From contig OX597828.1 in the NCBI GenBank assembly GCA_951406725.2, positions 26,784,001 to 26,848,000 on the forward strand: 64,000 nt of DNA, written 5' to 3'. Both the position numbers and the translations under genes were made by a program. This DNA comes from Octopus vulgaris (taxonomy: Eukaryota). The notes beneath the pieces were generated by a model. That model searched no databases. It was not told where the DNA came from and worked only from the letters and a program-made list of their open reading frames with translations. This document shows, one piece after another, positions 41,441 through 53,569 of the stretch. Position 1 is the stretch's first letter; each line of letters starts with the position of its first letter.

Positions 41441-41718
41441 TGTATATACATGCATGCATGTATGCGCGCACACTTGCATGTGTGCAAATTTGTAGACAGT
41501 GTTTGATTGGTATTTGTTTTATCAACCTTGAAAGGATGAAAGGCAAAATTGACTCTGGTTGGATTTGAACCTAAAGAGCCAGCAGAAATACCACATGTCA
41601 TTTTGCCTGACACTGTACCAATCTACAGCACTTGACCAGTAGGAATAGCAACTCCCCTTGTACTGGTACCATAAGAAAATGCACCCAATCACCATCATCT
41701 GGTCAAGCTTGCCTGGAC

Positions 41719-42834
41719 ATTCTTAACGTGCGCATATCATTGCTCTCAGTTATGTATGAGTTGAAGGAGATCTTCCAGGAGGCAGGCAGGCATCCAGTGT
41801 CTCTGATGAGTTGGTTCACATGACTGCTGTAGTATGGCCATGCTTTGCCATCCATAGCAGTAGGTCACCTGCCAGCTCTCATTCACCTTGTCAGCAATGT
41901 CCTGCAAAGCAGAAACACCTTTCCCTTATAATGGTGGAAACAGGCAGGAGATCTCCACACAGTGGCTTCTTGGTGGCTTCTTGAGTTCTGCAAGTATGCA
42001 CCCAGTACTCTCAGTAAATTGGTTGACCCTAGGGCAGGACTCTTGACATAGAAGCCATGCTTCAAATGAAATGTAAACTGGGACGTAGCCCTCCAGCCTG
42101 TGTGGGAGGTCAGTAATTTGGAATTAACTTAGACTATGACAACCTATGTGTCCCATGCCAGGATGCGTGTGTGTGTGTGCATGTGTGTGTGTGTGTGTGT
42201 ATATAATGAATTTTCTGGCCTGGGAAAGATGATGAAGGAGCAAAACTAAAAATAAAATTAATGAGAGGGACAAGATTTATTAAAGGTGTAAAGGTGGTGT
42301 TAATGCTTGAAAGAAAGGAAGAAGGATGTTTAAATGTTTCGGATATTAAACCTTCATCAGAAAATAGAAAAGAATTGAGGAAAAGTGATGGGAAGAAGGA
42401 GAAAAATATTTAAAAAATGAAATAGATCATTTACACACACACACACACACACACATAACAGGCTTCTTTCAGTTTCTGTTCACTAAATCCACTCACAAGG
42501 GTCTGATCAAACTGAAGCTATAGTAGAAGACACTTGCCCAAGGTGGCACACAGTGGGACATAGCCCAGATCCATGTGGTTGGGGAGCAAATTTCTTGCCA
42601 TACAGCCCTGCTTGCAACTTATATATATGTAGATATTCTTAACATGCACATATCATCGCTCTCAGTTGTGTATGAGTTGAAGGAGGTCTTCCAGGAGGCA
42701 GGCAGGCATCCAGTGTTTCTGATGAGTTGGTTCACATGACTGCTCTAGTATGGCCGTGCTTTGCCATCCATAGCAGTAGGTCACCTGCCAGCTCTCATTC
42801 ACCTTGCCAGCAATGTGCTGCAAAGCAGAAACAC
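41719..42834. repeat. ~200-bp direct duplication (41719-41918 and 42635-42834)
   Basis: ATTCTTAAC...GGAGGCAGGCAGGCATCCAG...CAAAGCAGAAACAC is present twice with a few substitutions. Confidence 0.9.
42328..42364 (-). ncRNA. Degenerate hammerhead motif in an old H1-related copy
   Basis: UUUU-CUGAUGA-AGGuuuaauaUCC-GAAACAUUU-AAAC. The flank GAAAGAAAGGAAGAAGGATGTTT resembles H1. Confidence 0.45.
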
Positions 42835-43163
42835 TGGTTGTTGAGCAATGATGGTGGTAATATTAATATGTAGTTAACTCGTCTTCTTGGCCCAAGTAAA
42901 ATGTTTTTGTTTTCTCCTACAGTTTCGTTGATGTGTTAATATTTCTCACTGAGGAAGTTTTGTGTTGCTGGGAAATAATTCCTAACTGGCCTTTCTCTGT
43001 AAATGGCCACTTTCTGTCTTTCTTCATTGTCTTAACCATTTACATAACTACTGTGTTAGGCTTGGAAGATCAATAGATAAACAAATAAATAAATGTGTAT
43101 GTGTCTGCATTCATATATGTTTGTGTGTATGTATATGTTAATGTGTATGTGTATATCATACAT

Positions 43164-43201
<38 letters not shown>

Positions 43202-43240
43202 GTTGATTGGTATATGTGTGTATGTATATATGTGTATATA

Positions 43241-43304
<64 letters not shown>

Positions 43305-43601
43305 AATTGTTATATGTGTGTGTGTATATATGTTGATTGGTATATGTGTGTATGTATATATGTATGTATATATATATATATATATATAGTGTATACACAC
43401 AGACACACAGACATACAACAAAGTGCTCACACTTCCATTGGTTCATTGTGCTTATTTTGTTTAACGAGGTAATTCATTGTTGGTTGTGTTATTAAGTATT
43501 AAATGCTTCAGCTTGATGTGTGTTAGCAGTGTTTTCTTTTGTCTTGTATTGCTGCTCCCTCCCCCCATCCTTGTCTGTCTGTCTGTCTCTCTCTCTCTCT
43601 C

Positions 43602-43635
<34 letters not shown>

Positions 43636-44202
43636 TGATTCAGTTAGCTAAGGAGCAAGAGGGGGGTGGCACCCAGAGCCCTCTTTTGCAGGTCCTCTTG
43701 TCCTGGTGGTAGGAATGGGTGAAGTGAAACTTGGACTAGAGACCTGGCCCAATTGTTTGCAGCAGGGGGAACACTAGTCAACCACCCGAGTACCAGTAAC
43801 AGCATTCAGTTTGGTTAAACTGGGCAGCTGACATACATCAACCACCTCAAAACAGCCATAGCCCTTCACATTTTCTCTGTTTTTCCATTGTATTTATTCT
43901 GTTCCCTCTTTTTGATACCAATTTGCTTGAGACTGTCCCCTAATTCCATAATACAAATATCTCTCAAAATTATGTAAATAAAAATTTAGGTAAAACTTCC
44001 ATTTCTGAATGTTCTGAATCTCTGTTAAGAATGACAAAAGTTATTTTACTAAATTCTTTATTAATTTCAAAATTAATCAAAACAAAGTCAATGTATTTTA
44101 ACAGAAATTTGGTAACAAAGAAACTGAAGAGCAAAGCCTTATTCCTAGCAATATTTCTCTTTGATTTGTTTGATGCAAGATTACCAGAAATAAGGATTGA
44201 CA

Positions 44203-44432
44203 TTAACCCTTTTGATACCAACCCAGCCAAAACCGCCTCTGGCTCTGTAGCACAAATGTCTTACTTTCATAAGTATTGAATTAAAATCTTCCACCAAACC
44301 TTAGTCACAATTTATGTTCTTAACACTAGCTTAATGATAACTAAGTTCTTTTACTAAATTCTTTGTTATATTTAAAATTAATTGAATGAAACACAGAGCA
44401 TCTCAAAATAAATACGGTAACGAAAGGGTTAA
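44203..44432. mobile_element. piggyBac-like MITE family P2
   Basis: TTAA-CCCTTT...AAAGGG-TTAA, near-identical to 46522-46749. Older related pieces lie at about 43905-44120, 44590-44790 and 59737-60012. Confidence 0.88.
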
Positions 44433-46291
44433 GACACATCTATATAACAAAAGCAACATGTCATATATTGACGAAGTTGTTTCATTAGTCTGGAGTCCTC
44501 TTTGATCGAGTGGAACTCTAACCGAAGTTGTTTTTGCCATAAACTTGCCTTTGTTTGCTACAGACATCTAGGGCTGCGTTATTTAGCATTTTCGTTACCA
44601 ATTTTCTGTTGAAATAAATTCACTGCCGTTGTTTTAATTAATTTTGAAAATAATGAAGAATTTAGTAAAATAACCTTGTCGTTATTAAATTAATGTTTGG
44701 AAACTTAAATTAGCATGAAATTTTAACGAGGTTTTAACTTGTACCACTTTAAAAAAGGAAGTTTGTATCATAGGACCAGAGGCAGCCTTTGATGGAATGA
44801 AAAAAGTCAGTGTTCTTCATGCTTCTTTTTGAAGATTCACATTTTTTTTTTGTGTGTGTGAGAAGGATTTGGCTGCATTTTCTAGCATATTTACTGACCA
44901 TATATAGCTCATGAAGGTCATAGATACCTACATGTGGCTGAATTTACTATCAGCACAAATCGTATTGGCCAGTGGATCATTTTCAGGATGGGATAATCAT
45001 GAAGTAAGTCACATTGGAATCTTCTATCTTTTACTTGTTTCAGTCATTTCACTGTGACCATGCTGGAGCACCACCTTCAAGGGATTTTATTCAAACAAAT
45101 TGACACCAGGCCTTCTTTTGTTTCTAAGCTTGGTACTTATTCCATCAGTCTCTTTGCTGAACTGCTAAGTTACAGGGACGTAAACACACCAACCCTGGTT
45201 GTCAAGCTGTGGTGAGGGGGACAAACACTGACACAAAGACACACACACACACACACACATATAAACAAAATTAAACATACATACAGAATGTGTGTGTGCT
45301 GTTAGTTTGTGGCTTGGCTGCGTTTTAGGCATAAAAGAATACATTTTCAATGTGTCTGGTCTTAAAAACACCTGAGAGTAAGCCAGAGGCAAGTGAGGCA
45401 CGCCAGGTCCTTTCCCAGAGTAAGACAGACATCGATGTCTGTCGCTCTGAAAGGGACCTTGTGTGAGATGCTATCATTACACCAATGTTGGTGTAATGGT
45501 AGCACACTTGTTCATGTAAACAAAGAGGTGTGGCTTTGAGTCCCACATATATGGGAAAACCTACTTTTTTCTGTTGAGGGCTTATATGCCCCATTATTAA
45601 ACTATTTTCTTTAGTCAATGCGTGATAATTGCTTATAAGCTTTAAGCATATAAAAATACTATTATTATTATTTACAGGATATACACACACACATATATAT
45701 ATATATATATGCATATATACATATGATGGGCTTCTTTCAGTTTCTGTCTATCAAATCCTTTTACAAGGCTCTGATTGGCCTGAGGCTATAGAAGACACAT
45801 GCCAAAGGTGTCCCACAGTGGGACTGAACCCAAAACCATGTGGTTGGGAAGCAAGCTTCTTACCACACAACCAAACCTGTATATTATGTTTATTTAATTT
45901 ATGGTAGCTAAAAAAAATTGGAAATATAATGAGTCTAATGATGATGAATAATGTCTATTGAAGCAAAGATGTCCATTTCTTTAGCACATTTACTAAATGT
46001 GGCAACAGATTCAGCTATTATAACTGAACTTTTCATCTATTTGGGAATAAAAAAAATTGATTACTTTGGGCCAAGACATAAGGTCAATTGCACACACACA
46101 CATGCACACATAATAGATGATACTTACCCAAGGTGCTGCACTGTAGGGCTGAACCTGAAATGACATGGTTACAAAGCAAGCTGTTGATTGAATCCAAAAT
46201 TGAATATTACAAGTGATTTTTTTTTTTTTTATTAATTTCAGGCTTGACTTTTGCAAAACAATTCTGCGAGATTTGAGTGATGAGTATTGAG

Positions 46292-46837
46292 CAGGGGTTC
46301 TCAACCAGGTTTAACCAATGGACCCCTTTGATTATTATTTCATTCTAGTGGACCCCCATAACCATTCAATGTTTAAAAACTAGTTTTCTAGAAACTTCTT
46401 TCCAAATTCCTGTTTTCTTTTTTTCACACATTAACTTGTAGGTTGAACAAAGTAAAATGTTAAAGAAAAAAACTTGTTTCTAGCAATACATAAATCTAAA
46501 GGAAAATTTCTTCAGAAGCCCTTAACCCTTTCATTACCAACCCAGCCGAAACCGTCTCTGGCTCTGAGTACAAATATCTTGTTTTCTTAAGTTTTGAATT
46601 AAAATCTTCCACCAAAACTTAGTCACAATTTATGTTCCTAACACTAGCTTAATAGTAACTAAGTTATTTTAATAAATTCTTTGTTATATTTAAAATAATT
46701 GAAAGAAACACAGAGCATCTCAAAATAAATACGGTAATGAAAGGGTTAAAATACTGTTGCATATCCCCAGCTTAGCAGATTACTATTTTGTTATATGGAC
46801 CCTCAGGGGCCATGTGAGCCCTGGTTGAGAACTACTG
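46292..46837. mobile_element. hAT-like MITE containing a nested P2 MITE
   Basis: Terminal inverted repeats CAGGGGTTCTCAACCAGG and CCTGGTTGAGAACTACTG. The 8-bp flanks GTATTGAG and GTATAGGG match at 6/8. Confidence 0.82.
46522..46749. mobile_element. piggyBac-like MITE P2 (nested)
   Basis: TTAA-CCCTTT...AAAGGG-TTAA. Confidence 0.88.
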
Positions 46838-46854
46838 GTATAGGGGCTAGCAAT

Positions 46855-47082
46855 TTAACCCTTTAGTGTTTAAACTGGCCATATCCGGCCAAAATATTCT
46901 ACCTATTCTATGTTCAGACTAGTCAGATATGGTCATTCATAGCTACCTTATTGTGTCATTTTAAAAATAAACAATCACATCATTGAAATCTCAAAGCCAT
47001 GAAATGATGCAGGATTAATTTTACATGGTGTGAATACATAAGCTTTACATTTGACAGAATAATCTGAATGCTAAAGGGTTAA
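46855..47082. mobile_element. piggyBac-like MITE P1
   Basis: TTAA-CCCTTTAG...CTAAAGGG-TTAA. Confidence 0.87.
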
Positions 47083-47105
47083 TATATGTTTTTTGTTTGT
47101 CACAG

Positions 47106-47212
47106 TACCCCAAACATCTGCATGGTACCCATTTATTGCTAAATTGTCCAATGCACCTAGAGTTAATATCGTCAGCACCATACTCAGCACAGTTACCAGA
47201 GCTGGGACATGA
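47106..47212 (+). other. Candidate exon in unique sequence (unverified)
   Basis: The acceptor TTTTTTGTTTGTCACAG is followed by non-repetitive sequence. One frame gives PQTSAWYPFIAKLSNAPRVNIVSTILSTVTRAGT*. No homology was recognised. Confidence 0.25.
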
Positions 47213-47427
47213 AGCGCAGACGATTTGCCGTCACTGGAAAACGCACGGTTTACTCGGTCAGCGACAGCATTGCTCTGCTCTTTACTCCATCACATTTCTA
47301 TTTCAAAAACTGCCTTTGTGTTCTGCCTATACATATTTCATTGTGGTTATCATAACAATACTTTTGTGGTTAATTTCCTTTGGGACTTTAACACTTCCAT
47401 TGCTTCAGGAAGCTAAATGCAGAAACA

Positions 47428-47458
<31 letters not shown>

Positions 47459-47663
47459 AAATTCAAAGTATTTGTATGTATATTTTCAATGTGTGTGAGA
47501 GAATATGAATATACATCTGCATGTGGTGTGTGCGTCTGTATTCTCATTGGTCAGCCAAACTAATCTCTGGGGTGTTTCTCAATTCCTTCAGTCTGAATTA
47601 CAGAAACAGAATTCTATATTGTACTCACTCCACTCTATATGTACATACACAAACAAATGCACA

Positions 47664-47697
<34 letters not shown>

Positions 47698-48222
47698 AAT
47701 AAAAAAAACATACACACATCCATTCGTGAATGTATAGAGCAATATACAAAGATGGATGTATGTGTGTGTATTTGTGCAATATTTATTTATTAATATTATT
47801 AATAAACTAGGATTGTTCGAAGTTAAAACTGTATGCTCTATAAGCAATTCAACATGGAAACATGTTTTATGTTTGAAATTCTATAAGATTCCTGGGACAG
47901 AAGGTGTGTACGATATTACATATTGTGTATACACGTATACTATCCACATTGAGATAAAAATATCTACATGTGGACATACATAGAATGAGAAGGGACAGAA
48001 TAATTGACCAGTGACAAAGGTCCTCCCACCTTCTGACTTCTGGTAAGCTCCCCAGACTATGCTAATTTCTGAGTACAATACCATTCCTGTGTTACCTAAT
48101 TGATACCTCGTAACCACTATTTATATCTTCACAGATATCACTGATTCATTTGTTAAATGTGAGTAGCCATGTCACTGCCTTACAACAAGAATATCCTCTG
48201 CCCCTACTCATTTTTGCATACC

Positions 48223-48449
48223 TTAACCCTTTAGTGTTCAGATTATTTTATCAAACATAATGCTTATTGATTCCCATTGATTTGAATTAATCATGCATTA
48301 TCTCATATCTTCAAGATCTTGATGGTGTAATTACTTAATGTAGAATAACATTGTAGGGTAGGTGTGAGAGCCTGGATCTGGTCAGTTTGAACATAAAACA
48401 GATTAAATATTTTGGCCGGATATGGCCGGTTTAAATACTAAAGGGTTAA
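48223..48449. mobile_element. piggyBac-like MITE P1 (opposite orientation to 7869)
   Basis: TTAA-CCCTTTAG...CTAAAGGG-TTAA. Confidence 0.88.
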
Positions 48450-49552
48450 CCCTCATCTGCTGGGATAAAGCCCTTGCTCCTTGGGCTTCAGAGGCTTGTG
48501 AGCTGTGTGGTAACCTCACTAGAGCTAGTAGCACAAGAAAAGCACCCGGTACTCTCTGTAATCTTTAATGATTTGTATGTACATGGTATTTCATTATGCA
48601 AACATAATATACAATAAAGTGGTTGGTGTTAGGAAGGGCATCCAGCTGTAGAAATCATGCCAAACCAATGCTGGAGCATGATGTGGTTCTTGGACATGTT
48701 GGATCCTGTCAAAATATCCAACCCATTTCAACATGGAACATGGATAGTAAATGATAATTTTTTCGACTCTAGGCACAAGGCCTGAAATTTGTGCATACTC
48801 ACCTCTATGTAAATGTCTCAGTATGTAAATGTGTGTATCTCTATGTCTGTGTGTGTTTGTTTGTCTATGTGAATGTGTGTGTGTTCAACTAAATATGGAC
48901 ATATATACTCTTTCTGGTTCCACTCATTGAACTATGGCCATGCTGTAGCACCACCTTCAGGGGGTGAACTCACTTGTATTGTCCTCCACTACTTAACTTC
49001 ATCTGATATTTATTTTACCATTCTTTATTTGTTGAACTGCTAGGTTACTGGACATATAGAATCATTAGCATGTATAATCAGTTTTAAACTGGTAAAAACT
49101 TAAATATATAAAAGCATGTACACACACACATTTACATTCACATAGACACACACACACACACACACACATATCGAGGTACAAACATTTACATACTGAGACA
49201 TTTACATAGAGATGTGTATGCACACACATATACAGACATGTACACACAAATATAATCGTAGAGACACACACATGGATACTCACAGTCTCACATACGCAAA
49301 TGCTCAGACACATACATACACAGGCATTCACACACATATACACATGTACAAGGGCTTCTGCACAGTTTCACTCATAAGGCATTGACAACCTATGATTATA
49401 ATGGAAGATATTTGCCCAAGAGGTTATGAAAGGGAGTCTGAGCCAGTATTACGTCATAACCACATGGGTCCAGGTTCAGTCCTACAGTGCAGCCCATTGG
49501 ATAGTGTCTTTCGCCATAGCCCTGAACGAACCAATGCCTTGGCAGTGAATCT

Positions 49553-50037
49553 CATCATCATCGTTTAACGTCCACTTTCCATGCTGGCATGGGTTGGACA
49601 GTTTGACTGAGGACTGGCAAGCCAGAAGGCTGCACCAGGCTCCAATCTAATCTGGCAATGTTTCTACAGCTGGATGCCCTTCCTTATGTCAACCACTCCG
49701 AGAGTGTAGTAGGTGCTTTTTATGTGTCACTGGCATGAGGGCCAGTCAGGCAGTACTGGCATTGACTACGCTTGAGTGGTGCTTTTCATGTGCCACCGGC
49801 ATGGGAGTGAGTCAGGCGGCGCTGGCAACGACCATGCTTGAATGGTGCATTTTATATGCTACCAGTATGAGAGGCAGTACTGGCAACAGCCATGCTTAAA
49901 TGGTGCCTTTTACATGTTGGTGACACAGGACCAGTCAGGTGCATTGGCATTGATAACGCTCAGACATTTCTTTTTATGTTCCACCAGCATGAGAACCAGT
50001 CGAGCGGCACTGGCATCAACCATGCTTGAATGGTGCC
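49553..50037 (-). mobile_element. RTE-like 3' UTR (family C) with an expanded hairpin-unit array (~5-6 units)
   Basis: Recurrent CCAGTCAGGC..CTGGCA...TGGTGC..TTT units after the (CAT)n tail and the GGATGCCCTTCC motif. Confidence 0.82.
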
Positions 50038-50300
50038 TCATGCAGAAGATCTTTGCATGAGTATAGTGTGTATATGTGTGCCTTTCACTACTTCACAACC
50101 ATAATATTTGGTGAATTTTCAGATTTGAATTTGAAATTAAGGAATAAGAACAAAGATGCATAAAATTCACATATTTATTTATTTATTTTTTTTTTTTGTG
50201 TTGCTTGCTTATTGAGAAGTTATTAAAAATTTGTAATTAGAAGGAATCATGTATAGCACTATTTCATCCTTCTTAGAATTCGTCAGCTTATCATAATCTG

Positions 50301-50340
<40 letters not shown>

Positions 50341-50345
<5 letters not shown>

Positions 50346-50527
50346 ATCCAAACAAGAAAGCACAAAAAAAACACAATGCGAGGACGTGGAACAAATATAG
50401 TATTATTGGATGCTCAGGAAAGAAGGAGGGTTTAACGTTTCGAGCGGAGCTCTTCGTCGGAAACATAGGAGAAGGGAAGACAGAGGGAAAAAAAATTGCC
50501 AACGGTACACACACGGTCACATTTTGA

Positions 50528-50528
<1 letters not shown>
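50341..50528 (-). mobile_element. Element H1; hammerhead motif at 50430-50464 (CCGACGA variant)
   Basis: Embedded between two long (TA)n tracts. Confidence 0.87.
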
Positions 50529-50573
<45 letters not shown>

Positions 50574-50577
<4 letters not shown>

Positions 50578-50735
50578 GGAGTAAACACATAAATGTGAAA
50601 CAAGGTGGATAAAAGTGTACTCAAATACCAGTGGTAGAGTAATATGCTTTATTTAAAACAGCAGAAAATTCAACAAAACCTGTTACTCTGAGTTTCCCGT
50701 TGCCGTCCATCGGACAGTTTTTGCTAGCAAACTTT
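50574..50735 (-). mobile_element. Element H6 with a decayed hammerhead-like motif at 50680-50717
   Basis: Minus strand CUGU-CCGAUGG-aCGgcaaCGg-GAAA-CUCaGAG-UA-ACAG. The stems are intact but the core has two substitutions. Confidence 0.45.
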
Positions 50736-50957
50736 AAATAAAGTATGTATATATATATATATGTATGTACATACATTCATTCATATATATATATCCAACC
50801 CATGGAAAGCGGACGTTAAACGATGATGATGATGATATATATATATATATATATATATATGTAAAAAATATTAAATATAAAAATAGTAATGAATGTCTGC
50901 ACATCCAGAAATGACTAAAGACATCCATACAAGTATAAACACACACACACACACACA

Positions 50958-50998
<41 letters not shown>

Positions 50999-51975
50999 GG
51001 AAGCACTCCTACGTGTCTGATCAAATTCTCATATTTTTAAACATCTTGACAGATTGTGCTCTAATTTTGATATTTATGACAAGTTCTTCTCATTCTTGAG
51101 ACATATCACACCATCTTTATCATGCTGTCTCTTCTTCCTGTTTCCTCCTCTGACTCCTCCTACCACATATTTCTCTCTCTCTCTCTGCTTTTGTTTCTCT
51201 TTCTCTCTTTCAAGTATATAACACAGGCTCTCCCTCTCTTTCTCTCCCTCTCCTTCTCTCCCTCTCCTTCCCTGTCTCTTTTACTCTTTCATGACATTTA
51301 TCCTTCTCCATTCTCATTTCAGTTTCCCCTCTCCTTTCCTCCCTCCCTCCCTCCCTCCCTAACTTTTTTGTTTTCTCTCTTTATTGACGTTCGTCATCAT
51401 CATCATTTCACTTTCTCTCCCAGGTTACCCTTTCATTAGACACCTTCCTTCTTCTTTCTCTCTTTCCATGGCTCATGTTAATCATTTACATGACACTATG
51501 GTTAAGAATCTCACTTTGTAACAATGTGGTTTGGGGTTCAATTCCAAAGAACGGCATCTTTGGTAAATGCCTTCTACTATAACCCTCAGCCAACCAACAT
51601 TTTTTGAGTGAATTTCATTGGCGGAATCCATGTGGAAACTCTTGGCTTAACGACCCTTAAGGTTTGTCTTCGGTGATTGTTTACTCAGTTGTTGTTTGTT
51701 CATTCAAATCCCTAACTCTCCACAAATTTTATATTTCAAAAGTTTCTTGATGCTGCTGTCTTATGAAGTTTTCCTATCTTGTTGTTAAAAGCACGAAACA
51801 GAGTAGTAAAACAGTCAACAACTGAAGAGGAGTTATCATAGTTTGGTATTTTACCCTGTTCTTATCTCTCGTGTGTTCACTTATTTTTCTCTTGTTGGTG
51901 AAGTCCTGTACTTAATGTGTATTTTATATATCTATATATGTATGTATACATACATACATACATACATATATGTAT

Positions 51976-52372
51976 GGCGCATGAGTGGCTGTGTGGTAAG
52001 TAGCTTGCTAACCAACCACATGGTTCCGGGTTCAGTCCCACTGCGTGGCATCTTGGGCAAGTGTCTTCTGCTATGGCCCCAGGCCGACCAAAGCCTTGTG
52101 AGTGGATTTGGTAGACGGAAACTGAAAGAAGCCTGTCGTATATATGTGTATATATATATATATGTGTGTGTTTGTGTGTCTGTGTTTGTCCCCCTAGCAT
52201 TGCTTGACAACCGATGCTGGTGTGTTTACGTCCCCGTCACTTAGTGGTTCGGCAAAAGAGACTGATAGAATAAGTACTGGGCTTACAAAGAATAAGTCCC
52301 GGGGTCAGTTTGCTCGACTAAAGGCGGTGCTCCAGCATGGCTGCAGTCAAATGACTGAAACAAGTAAAAGAG
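51976..52372 (+). mobile_element. Full-length SINE A
   Basis: Near-identical to 7382-7795. Confidence 0.93.
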
Positions 52373-52407
52373 TATGTATGTATACATACATATATACATA
52401 TATATAT

Positions 52408-52640
52408 GTGGAGGCGCAATGGCCCAGTGGTGAGGGCAGCGGACTTGCGGTCGTAGGATTGCGGTTTCAATTCGTTGTGAGTATTTATTGAGTGAAAACA
52501 CCTAAAGCTTCACGAGGCTCCGGCAGGGGGTGGTGATGATCCCTGCTGTACTCTTTCGCCATAACTTTCTCTCACTCTTTCTTCTGTTGGCCTGCCCGCT
52601 TAGCCAGCGGGGTGGCGTCATTTGAAGGCTAAAACAATGT
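52408..52640 (+). mobile_element. SINE family B variant with a different 3' body
   Basis: Matches 31398 up to CTTTCTCTCACTCTT, then diverges (CTTCTGTTGGCCTGCCCGCTTAGCC...). Confidence 0.8.
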
Positions 52641-53518
52641 GCCAACATTACAAAGAGGGTAGATCTATAGACAGAGAAGTTAATTTCATCATTAAGAACA
52701 TGTTGGTAGAATGTCCTTCTCCATCTGTAGATTTTTTATCACTCATGCTAAAATGAAGTAGCATGAAACGATTGTACTACATTACCTTGGATATCCTTGT
52801 TGCTTATTTTGCTTATTTACATACATATAAATAATGATTCACAATCAAAGGTGCCAAAATGGATTTCTCTCTACCATTGGATTACATCACCTTTTAATTG
52901 ATTCAGAGTACACCAAGAATTAGGTTCTCCAAAACAGTCGGAAGGATGTGTGAGCATGCAGTAAATAGTCAATTCAAATAAACAAACAATTAAAAAATAG
53001 AAAAAAGAAAACAAAACACGAATGTGAGGACATGCTTAAGAAATATATTAATTTGATGAATGGTGAAGGGAGAGGGTTGTTAATGTTCCGAGCATAATAT
53101 ACATAATATGTTTGTTCCCTACCACCAATTGACAACCTGTGTTGGTTTGTTTACATTTCCTTAGCATCTCAGCAAAAAAAAAAAAAGACTGATAGAATAA
53201 ACCCCAGACTTAGGGTTGATTTGTTTCACTAAACTGTTTAAGGTGGTGTGCCAGTATGGCTGCCATCCAGTGACTGAAACGAGGAAGAGAAGATTTCCAT
53301 TGCGACTGACTTTGGGATCCTTCCTTAAGCCCTTGATTAATCAAGTACCAGTCATATGTTTGGGGACATTTCGTTCTTGCAAAACTCATGTAAGATATTC
53401 TATGCAATACTGCTCAATGTATCTCTTCCTCTTTTTCTCTGCTCCCCTCCCCCACCCTTTGCTCTCAGATCTCTTCTCGTCTTTCAGTTTCTCTCTTTCT
53501 CTGTCTCGCATACACACG

Positions 53519-53569
<51 letters not shown>

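Noticed and set aside
41803-41825. CTGATGAG motif (also near 42719)
   Set aside because: No paired stem II and GAAA follow it, so it is a chance match.
47075-47290. Minus-strand reading frame with a hydrophobic stretch (ALHVPALVTVLSMVLTILTL)
   Set aside because: An in-frame stop lies directly upstream, there is no suitable acceptor, and the frame runs into a MITE.
51790-51840. CGAAAC...CTGAAGAG resembling a permuted hammerhead
   Set aside because: The required stems could not be formed.
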